NCBI GenBank assembly: GCA_036867785.1
Contig: CP145414.1
Location: forward strand, 496,001-560,000
Reading direction: 5' to 3'
DNA length: 64,000 nt
Source of the DNA: Plasmodiophora brassicae
Taxonomy: Eukaryota
The notes under the pieces were generated by a model. That model did no database searches, was not told the DNA's origin, and worked only from the letters and a program-made list of their open reading frames with translations. The stretch's first letter is position 1. Each line of letters opens with the position of its first letter. Both the position numbers and the translations under genes were made by a program. Below are positions 25,710-34,661 of the stretch, piece by piece.

Positions 25710-27349
25710 CTACCAAAAGAGGCGGGCTTGGTGGTTGAACGTCATGTCGTCGGTTGGGGGTACCGCTCCCGCATCCTTGAGCATCTGGACAATCTCGGTC
25801 TTGTGCTTCGAGGAATCCGGGAGCATGTTCGCTTCGAACAGTGCCATGCTGCCATCTTGAACGTGGTCATCGCCGCGTAACGCACCTGCACGCAACAGGA
25901 TGGCGACACAGTCCCGATTACCCGATCTGGCAGCGGCTACTAACGGTGCGCAGCGAAACATGTCCCCTGCGTGTACGTCAACACCAGGAACGGAGGCCAG
26001 AAACAGAAGCGCATCGGCATTGCCCTGTTCCGCTGCAACGAATAAGGCGGTACGGCCAACATCATCCCGGGCGTTGACATCAATGCCTTCAGCAAGCAAC
26101 ATGATCATGATATGGGACCCGGCGTTCTGGGATGCAGCATGATGAAGAATAGTGTCGTGCCGGCCGGTAGTGGAGGTGGAGACGTTGACTTCGGCGCCAG
26201 CATCGATCAGGATGCGCACCATGACAGCATTGTTTCGACGGATGCCGATCTGTAAAGGCGTACCAGGATGATGATGCGAGACAGGATTGACATCAGCACC
26301 TGCCCGGATAAGGCATTGTACGGCAGCAGGCGTCCCCTTCTCGCATGCCCAGTGGATAGGGAAGTCCCCACAACCATGAGGCACTGTGAGATTCGTGGCT
26401 TTCGCCAGCAGGAAGATGACAGACAAGCTGGCATCCATTTCGAACGCCACGTACAGGGGATGCAAATGACTCGATGACCAAGAACCGGCATCTGGATCGG
26501 CACCGTTCTCAAGTAGAATATTGAGCACGGCAGGCGAGCAGCCATGTTTGACGGCAGCGGTAAGTGACGTCACTGCCCCGAACAACATCTCGTTGAGGAG
26601 TTGCCGGCACACATCGGGGTTGATCCAGGAAAGCAGGGCGCGCAAGGTGTCGACGTCGTCGCCGTCGAGATTTGACGAAACAGACGAGGACCAGCTGAAC
26701 GGATTCATGAGAGTTAATTGACTTGCTATATCAGCAACCTCAGTGTCTCTGCAGGGGTCCCATCAGTAACGTCCTGCGATTGTGATCAGAAGCGGTGCCG
26801 GGCGTACCCCAGGCTGTTGTTTAATGCATGCTCGACGAGTGAGTTGAAATTCACACCCAGCATGATTTTGGCAAGTTCCTTCAGGACGTGTTCGTACAGA
26901 AGAGGAATTGCAAGGTAGTTGGCACAGCTCAACAGCGACCGCAATGGCTCGAACTCAACAAGGGCAATCCCCTTCCACCACTTGGAAACGTTGGCGTTGC
27001 TATGTGGATTTGCCTCCAGATACGAACGAATCTGTTCAGTGCCAGGAACGTCAGGTCTGCAGCGCCATAGGTAGCCTCAATATCTTACCGTGTACAGATC
27101 GCTGGAGCAGCACTTGCTTATGGGGATCGGTCCATGGAGGCCACTGCCGGGAACGCCCGCCAATAAGTAGAAGCGGGTACGGGCTCTGAAAAACATCGAG
27201 TGCTCGTATAGAGCAGCCGGATCGAATGCGATAGACGTGTTATCATCGTGGGGTTGTAGCATCACCCGCACGCCATCGCCGATAGGCGCGAGCGGCACCG
27301 AGACACCCAGTCCGATCATGATGCTGATTACACCCCATGCCAGCAGCAT
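25710..27349 (-). CDS. Secreted SKP1/BTB-like + ankyrin-repeat protein (about 507 aa, 3 exons)
   Basis: Exons 27349-27089, 27031-26808 and 26748-25710 join in frame via GT-AG introns of 57 and 59 nt. Signal peptide MLLAWGVISIMIGLGVS; SKP1-like segments AALYEHSMFFR and LLSCANYLAIPLLYE; ankyrin repeats FPIHWAC, TPLQIG, TILHHAA, TALFVAA, APLVAAA. Confidence 0.85.
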
Positions 27350-27949
27350 TTCTGAGCGCCGCTTCTCAGTCGTCCTCATCGTCGTGTGCAATGGCGGTCT
27401 CTCTATTTTCGAAACGAGGGACGCAGTGTGCGGACGCAACAGGCAGGGCAGTCTGCAATACCACATCGCTGAAACTGCGCCGTCAGTGACGCCCCCGAAT
27501 GTTCGACGCTCTGGCTGATTATTGGCAGTCTGCACTGCGCGAATCCTGCCCGGCGAGCGAAATTGCTCGAGTTCCCAGATGTTCGCCGCTCGTGGTGATG
27601 CACGCCCCACTATTGGTGCACAATGGAGTGGCTCGTACCAATCGCGGGCCACTGCGCAGCCACGTCGTCACACCATCTGAAGACGACGCCCTCTGTCTCT
27701 GGCATCATCGTCGCATGTACGTCCGGCACGTATAGCATCTTTCGGCAGTATTTAGCCTCCGGTGGACACATGGGCTCCAACGTGGTGGGTCGGGGTTCAT
27801 TCTACGCGCGACAGCGTAAAGCGGTGCGGCGGGCCGAAAGCACCGAAGGAACTTCGGCCCCGTTACTGGGTGTCCAGTTTGTTCTTGTGCGGTACGTCCC
27901 CGAAATGAGCACGTCAGGAAACTACCTATGTAGACTTGCCACTTTGTTG

Positions 27950-29052
27950 CACAGAAACGTTGACCTTTTCCGGAGGCCTATATGGCAGCATTGTTTCGAC
28001 GGATGGCAATCTGCAGAGGCGTACCAGACTAAGGTCCTGAAGCAGGATTAACATCAGCACCTGCCGGGATAAGGCACTGCACGGCATCAGGCGTCCCCTT
28101 CTCGCATGCCCAGTGGATAGGGAATTTCCCACACCCACGAGACATTGAGAGGTTCGTAGTTGTCGCCAGCAGGTTGATGACAGGCAAGCTGGCATCACTT
28201 TTGAACGCCACGTACAGGGGATGCAAACGGCTCGAACACGATAAACAGGCATCTGGATCGGCACTGTTCTCAAGTAGAACACGATGAGCAGGCAGGCGAG
28301 CAGCCACGTTTGACTGCAGCAGAGAGCGACGTCATTTCCCCAAACACAATCTCGTTGAGGAGCCGCCGGCACACATCGGGGTTGATCCAGGACAGCAGGG
28401 CGCGCAAGGTGTCGACGTCGTCGCCGTCGAGGATTGACGGAACAGACGAAGACCAGCTGAACGGATTCATGAGACTGAATCGACTTGCGATATCCACAAT
28501 CTCAGTGTATCTGCAGGAGTCCCATCAGTAGCGTCCCGCGATTGTGATAAGAAACGGTGCGGCGCGTAGCATGATTTTGGCAAGTTCCTTCAGAACATGT
28601 TCGTTCAGAAGAGGAATGTCAAGGTAGTTGGCACAGCTCAACAGTGTCCGCAGTGGCTTGAACTCAGCAAGGGCGATCCCATTCCACCACTCGGAAACGT
28701 TGGCGTTGCTCTTTGGATTTGCCTCCAGATACGAGCGAACCTGTTCAATACCAGGAACATCAGGTTTGTAGCGCTATAGGTAGTCTCAGTACCCTACCGT
28801 GTATAGATCGTTGGCACAGCACTTGCTTATGGGAAACGGTCCATGGAGGCCACCACCTGGAACGCCCGAGTAAAAGCGGGTACGAGCTCTGTAAAACATC
28901 GAGTGGGCGCATAGAGCGGCCGGATCGAATGCGATAGAAGTGTTATCATCGTGGAGTTGCAGCATCACCCGCACGCCATCGCAGATAGGCGCTGGCGGCA
29001 CCGAGACACCCAGTCCGATCATGACAACGATGACACCCAATGCCAGCAGCAT
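27950..29052 (-). pseudogene. Decayed tandem paralog of the secreted SKP1-like/ankyrin gene
   Basis: Collinear nucleotide similarity to about 26175-27366. A ~53-nt deletion near 28568 removes the intron-2 donor; net +1 frameshift near 28285; in-frame TAG at 28029; 3' ankyrin repeats missing. Confidence 0.85.
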
Positions 29053-30521
29053 ATCTGAGCGTCGCTTCTACTCAGATGTGAGTTTGGATATTCTGAAATG
29101 AGAATGAATTTGTTTATTACTGAGAATGATTTGATCCACTCTTGTTCCACGAATAGCGTGCACCGGCCCATACGCAGCCATCGAATGCAGGTGGACACCG
29201 GCCACAGTGAATCAGGCGTCGACTCCTGTGGCGGGCGTCGTCGGCGCGACCGACGAACCAACGACGCTGTCAGCCGCCAAAGCCGCCCACTGCATCGTCG
29301 TACAAGGCCGCCCGATATGCCTTTGTGTTCGTCATCGCACGGCACAAGTCGCCGACGCCTGATGCGCCTGTCTGCGCCCCGATCTCGGCGACGACAGGCA
29401 GCACGCGGGCCAACGGATCCACTACGACCACAACGCATCCTGCTGACATCGGTCAACGCGCCCAATATGTCGGGATCAACTCCTCGCAACCCCAGGACAG
29501 GTACGAGTAGTCGTCTGACGTATAGGCGCCCAGAGCCTCTGACGTGTGCTGGACAGGACACCCCGGCCATCGCGTGCCGTCGCCTGTCCATCATGATCCC
29601 CTACAGGGCAGCCGTCGTCCTGCGTAGTCGGTTCAGGGCCAGCGTTGCGCCTACCTGCTCGGCTGCTCCACACATGGGGCAGGGCCCTGCCCCCCGTCTA
29701 TCGCTGCAGTTGGTCAGGCGCGCCCCCTGCTCTGCACCGTGCATCGATGTCAGACCTACCAACCAAGGGCGTCGTCGGCCTTCCACACTGCCCGGCAAAC
29801 GTCGCTTGCCTGCGCTGCAGGTTGTCCATCAGGGCAACGGCGCTCCGCGCCCGTTGTCGCCTCCCGACAAGCGGGCGCCAAACTGCCGACCACGACCCGA
29901 CGCCATCCCGGCCGACATATCGGCGCAAGCAGAACCGGTCAATACAAGCAGACAAATTCCACTCGCGCGTGTACGCCGACCCTGATAGGTCGTCCTGGCG
30001 CGCCTCCCGGAAGGCGTACTCGCCCTTGTACGTACGAATCGTTCGTGGCGTCAGGCGGCACTGAATGGCAGGAGTTCGTTGCAGTCTGTGCAGGGCGCGG
30101 CACCCGTTGCCGATCGAGAGCGCCGACATCGCCCCTACCTGCGAGTCAACCATGGCTGGTCAGAGCAGACGATCAGCACAGCCATGTGTTGGGCATCGTA
30201 GCGCGCATGTAGGACAGTTGATCGTGCCCGATTCCCAGCAACGGCTCGTGTCCAGGGCCGCCAGTGTGCCTACCGTACGTACGCGCCAGGTCCCAGGCGG
30301 TTCCCGCGAAAAGCCAGGACCGGTTTTTGGGACGCGCACGGATGCTGTCCATCGACTAAAAATGGTGGTGGGTGATCGCCACGCGTGCGATGACGCACCC
30401 ATGGCGCACAGTGTCACCCCAAGGCCCAATTTGGGACCGAGCAACTGCGCACGGGATCTCGAACGATCTTCGGTGCCATACCGCCATGTTCGTCCGGCGT
30501 TCCGGGCGGTGCACCTCAAGT

Positions 30522-32897
30522 ATGTCTCGATTCGGTGTGCTGGTTACCCTCGCGCTGGTCGCCGGCTGTCTCGGCGTGAAGAATGATCCGAAAGCGCCGC
30601 CTTCGTACTCTTCGAAACTCACGCCCGCTGACCTGGATGCCAAGGTCAAGCTCTTGGAGATGACCGTGGACGAGATCATCGCACCGCTCGATAAACTGAC
30701 CAAGCTCACCGACAGAACGATCGGCATGCTGATCCCGAAGCAGCTGCACGAAGTCCCGTTCAAAGACGTCGTCATCCCGTCGAAATTGATCGACGACAGC
30801 ACGCAGAGGCAGGTCGAGAAGATCATTGGCGCGTTCAACACGAAGCCGGGTGTGGACATGCAGCCGTCGGAGGCGATCACGGCGAGCTGGTGGCGTGGAA
30901 AGCGCATTCCGCCCGGGTCCTACTTCATCGTCCACAAGAATCAGGTCCCGTTCATCGCGTCCACGTCCCAGGCCAAGCTCGCCAAGCGCCTGAACTTCGA
31001 TCCGAACAACGAGATCGCGGTCGTTCGCGGGCCAGGCAACAAAGACTTCCATGATATCGACGCTGTTCATATCGATGCGTTCGGGTCGCACATCATCAAC
31101 GTCCCCAACGGCCATTATTGCAAGGGCGAGGTCGGCACGTCGTCTGAACCGCGCCTCTACGGGCCCGGCCCACACGTCGTGCACGACCCGACGCTGAAGC
31201 TCGACGACCTCGTCGTCCCGACGCTGGAGCAGTACATTGAGCATCGGTCCATCCACATCATTCGCGTGCCGCCCGGCAAGTTTGCAAAGGTGTCGGTCGG
31301 CACCAAGTACGGCCTGCTGCCGTCGCGCGCCGAACCGTACACTTTCAACGATCCACTGTTCAAGTACGACGGCCTCGTCAACGTCAAGGACGACTTGATC
31401 ACGCACGGCAACCTGAACATCATCCGTGTCCCGAACGGTTTCCTCGCCAAGGCCTGGATTGGCGTCAAACCGGTGCTGTTGCCATCGCAACTCGAGCCGT
31501 ACATCTTCGTCGACCCTAACTTCCGCTGTAGCGAACGCTTTGTCTGCCAGAAAGACATGATACACATCAAGCACGACAACCTGCATATCTTGAACGTCCC
31601 GAGCGGCAAGGTCGCCAAGGCTTGGTTCCACAACGATGCCATGCTGCTGGAGCATCGAACCGAGGCGTACGCGTTCGACTCGCCATACTTCTCGTACAAT
31701 GAGTTGGTCAACGCCGACAAACCCGTCATCATCCACGGGTCCATCAAGCGCATCCTTCCTGCGACAGGCCAAGTCGCTGTCTGCTTCGACGCAGGCAAAC
31801 TTTTCCTCGTCTACCCGTCCAATGACGGCACGGCGTTCATACGGGACTCGCAACTGTTCACGTTCGAGGGCTTCCTCAACATCAACATCGCCACGGTCGT
31901 CTTCCCGTCGGAGCGCGTCCGCAAACAGCGACGCTCCGAGAACCGGAACGCCACGCCCGACCAGATCAACCTGCAGAAGGCCACGACACGTGACGGCCTC
32001 AAGGTCGGCTTCAAGCTTACGATGACGTACACGGTCGCCAAACCGGAGCTGTTGCTGTCGAAGCTGCACATGAACGAGATCGACACCTACATCGAGAACG
32101 TCGTGTCGATGGATCTATCGCACGCCATGCAAACTCTGACCAGCCGGGAGTTCTTGTCGTTCTATACGGCCAACAAGAAACCTCCGGCGTACGACGGGGG
32201 AGATGACTCGTTGCACACGGCGCCGCTTGCGGGGGGCGGGGAGCGGGAGGTCAAGGCGGCCACCTTCATCGGCCACATCAAAGACGATGTGATGGGCGAC
32301 CTGCAAGAGATCGGTATCACGCTGCTGCATCTGAACATCGAGTCGCCGAAGGCCCTCGACGAGGCAACCGCCAAGTCGATGGAGGAGCAGTCGCTGTTGC
32401 TAGCCCGGGCCAAGGCGCAAGAGTCGGTGCTGGAGACGCAGTTCAAGATTGAGAAGCAGAAGGCGATGCAGGAAGCCGAGGTACGCCGAATCAAACAGGA
32501 ACGTGACAACCAGAATCTGGTCAGCGCCGCTGAAGCCGAGCGCAAGGCCGCGGAGCTCAAAGCTCAGGTCGTCATCATCGAGGCCGAGGCAAAGACAAAG
32601 GCGTATGACATGTTGTACAAGAACACGCAGCTGTTCCAGATGGAATACGCCAAGCTGCAGGCGGGCGCCCTCGAGAGGGCCGACGTCCACATCATGGTCG
32701 CGCCCGAAAAGATGCACTACGGGCTGGGCAGCCTGCTGCTCCCGCATCCTCTGCAAGACGGCGTCATGAACAACCTCGCCACGAACGACCCGAGCAAGCA
32801 TGCAGCTGGACAACCCAAGCAAGCAGCTGGACAACCCAAGCAAGCAGCTGGACATGAACCGACAGCACCTGCGTCGGAGCGCTCATCCGACGCCTGA
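30522..32897 (+). CDS. Intronless vacuolin-like SPFH/band-7 protein with N-terminal signal peptide (791 aa)
   Basis: MSRFGVLVTLALVAGC leader; about five ~55-aa repeats (HIINVPNG, IHIIRVPPG, NIIRVPNG, HILNVPSG, KRILPATG); SPFH-like core TTRDGLKVGFKLTMTY...IGITLLHLNIES; flotillin-like AEAE coiled coil. Confidence 0.8.
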   Translation: MSRFGVLVTLALVAGCLGVKNDPKAPPSYSSKLTPADLDAKVKLLEMTVDEIIAPLDKLTKLTDRTIGMLIPKQLHEVPFKDVVIPSKLIDDSTQRQVEKIIGAFNTKPGVDMQPSEAITASWWRGKRIPPGSYFIVHKNQVPFIASTSQAKLAKRLNFDPNNEIAVVRGPGNKDFHDIDAVHIDAFGSHIINVPNGHYCKGEVGTSSEPRLYGPGPHVVHDPTLKLDDLVVPTLEQYIEHRSIHIIRVPPGKFAKVSVGTKYGLLPSRAEPYTFNDPLFKYDGLVNVKDDLITHGNLNIIRVPNGFLAKAWIGVKPVLLPSQLEPYIFVDPNFRCSERFVCQKDMIHIKHDNLHILNVPSGKVAKAWFHNDAMLLEHRTEAYAFDSPYFSYNELVNADKPVIIHGSIKRILPATGQVAVCFDAGKLFLVYPSNDGTAFIRDSQLFTFEGFLNINIATVVFPSERVRKQRRSENRNATPDQINLQKATTRDGLKVGFKLTMTYTVAKPELLLSKLHMNEIDTYIENVVSMDLSHAMQTLTSREFLSFYTANKKPPAYDGGDDSLHTAPLAGGGEREVKAATFIGHIKDDVMGDLQEIGITLLHLNIESPKALDEATAKSMEEQSLLLARAKAQESVLETQFKIEKQKAMQEAEVRRIKQERDNQNLVSAAEAERKAAELKAQVVIIEAEAKTKAYDMLYKNTQLFQMEYAKLQAGALERADVHIMVAPEKMHYGLGSLLLPHPLQDGVMNNLATNDPSKHAAGQPKQAAGQPKQAAGHEPTAPASERSSDA
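32798..32853 (+). repeat. 21-bp coding tandem repeat (QAAGQPK, about 2.7 copies)
   Basis: catgcagctggacaacccaag caagcagctggacaacccaag caagcagctggaca. Confidence 0.85.
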
Positions 32898-33239
32898 TGA
32901 ATACAACTGCAATCGCAAGCGCGTTCACGGCATTCAGTGCTCCTACAGAAGTAGGTCACAAGATCCGTCTTGTGGCCACCTCATGGGGCGCGCCGATGCT
33001 TCTTCGACAGGATGTCCACGGCTTAGCAAGCCGTGCCGGACCGCCTGCGTCGCGCGCTGTCGTATACAGGCATTCTGATTCAGCTGCCTTCAGCCACGTC
33101 ATGGTCAATCCTGAATCAGCACCGGCACCTGACGACATCCAACGCTTGTATGATGACGGCGAGCATGACAGCGACCGATTGTCAGCGTTGCGAAGATCAT
33201 GGGCACCTTCCCGTCCCCTGCAGTGCTCGACGCTGGCAG

Positions 33240-34060
33240 CTGCAGGAGCATCGCTCCACAATTTGATGTAATCGCACGTCCTCCTGCTCCTCCTGCACGA
33301 AGTGGTACTTGATGTTAATATGTTTTGTTCTCCCTCCCAGGTCCATGTGGTTGTTGGCCATCGCGATAGCGCGTTGGTTATCGATGTATACACATCCAGT
33401 GGCTTCTTGACGTCGACGAACGTGAACTCTTCCACTTGTCGTAACCATAAGAGCTCCTTGACTCCTGCTACCGTTGCCACATACTCTGATTCCGCCGATG
33501 ACAATGCCGCCGACTTCTGCATGTTCGCCTTCCATACGTTCGTTGACGTCCCGATCTTGCACTCAAAGCGCCGTGTGTCTGGACAACCTCCCCAATCGGC
33601 GTCCACTGTCACACAGAGGTTCTGATCCGGCTCGATACAGCAGCATCCTCGACTTAGACCTTTTGAGGTATTGAAACACTCGCTTTGCCGCTGTCCAATG
33701 GGCCACACCATAGTTGGACATGAACCGACTTTTAATTAACTGACTCACTGCGTACGCCAGATCTGGTCTTGTCGCGTTCATGAGATATATCAGCGATCCC
33801 ACCAATTCCTTGTATGGTAGTTTGAGGCACTCTTTTCGTTGCTCATCCTTAATGGGCGTGTCTCGAATGTTCAACCTTATATGACCGTCCTTTGGGGCCG
33901 CTGCTCCCTTACAGTTCGTCATCTTGAACTTTCCAAGTAATGCGTTCACATACGCTTCTTGGCTCAGCATCATACCTCCATCTGCTCGCCTCGTGATCCT
34001 GATTCCGACAATCCAGCTGAGTTGATCTCTCTCCGTGGCCTTGAAGTTATGCATAAGAAC
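33240..34060 (-). mobile_element. Degenerate Ty1/copia LTR-retrotransposon RT/RNase H fragment
   Basis: LSQEAYV..LL.KF.M, YKELVGSLIYL...TRPDLAYAVSQL, HWTAAKRVFQYLK, then frameshifted DADWGG, ALSSAESEYVA, then DNQRAI...RTKHINIKYHFV. At least two frameshifts; no gag, integrase or LTR seen. Confidence 0.92.
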
Positions 34061-34661
34061 ACCGGATACTGATGACGGATCAATACAGCGTCGAGGTGTC
34101 GATCGCCAATCAGAATGGGGGAAAGATTGTAGCGCTCTCCCGTAACGCGACACTTCTGGACGATAAATGATGTCGTCACGCCAATGCTCTCTGCTGATCC
34201 AAAGAGTCTGTGCAGTGAAATGGGCCATGCCAACGACGCGAGCGACGCTCCGATCCTCGATGATAACGAAATTGCCGACACTGACATTTACAATCGACGG
34301 ACCTGGAATGTCGAGCCCTGATAAAGTTGGTAGTGATCAGCGGATTGGTGCGGATCGCCCGGCTGAGCAGCAGATGTCCAGTTCTCGACGGGCAACTGCC
34401 GACCGATATGTGCCGATGGGCCTATAAATAGGGCCACTGTGGAAGTGCAGCTCGACAGCAGTTCGGCAGTAGTATACGTCAAATGCTTCCCGGGCTGGAC
34501 CGTGTGGTACGGTTGGATGGGTCGACTGCAGCAGGGAAATCTCGCCAAGGTAAATCTCGCGTGTACCCGCGGGGTCGATAGGGTCTATATCGCCGGTTGG
34601 AGCCGAGCAGGCATCGACCGGAGGTGTGCTCGCTGCCTGGCGGGCCCACGCAAGCGCGCCC

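Noticed and set aside
29098-29985. 295-aa Arg/Pro-rich ORF
   Set aside because: Composition typical of a random GC-rich frame; no domain or codon-bias support.
30516-32069. 517-aa minus-strand ORF (also 21808-22818, 22828-23670 and 19671-20540)
   Set aside because: Antisense shadows of GC3-rich real genes on the plus strand; no motifs of their own.
32900-34600. LTRs, PBS or polypurine tract around the copia fragment
   Set aside because: No direct-repeat pair or TG...CA termini visible by eye; only the RT/RNase H remnant is supportable.
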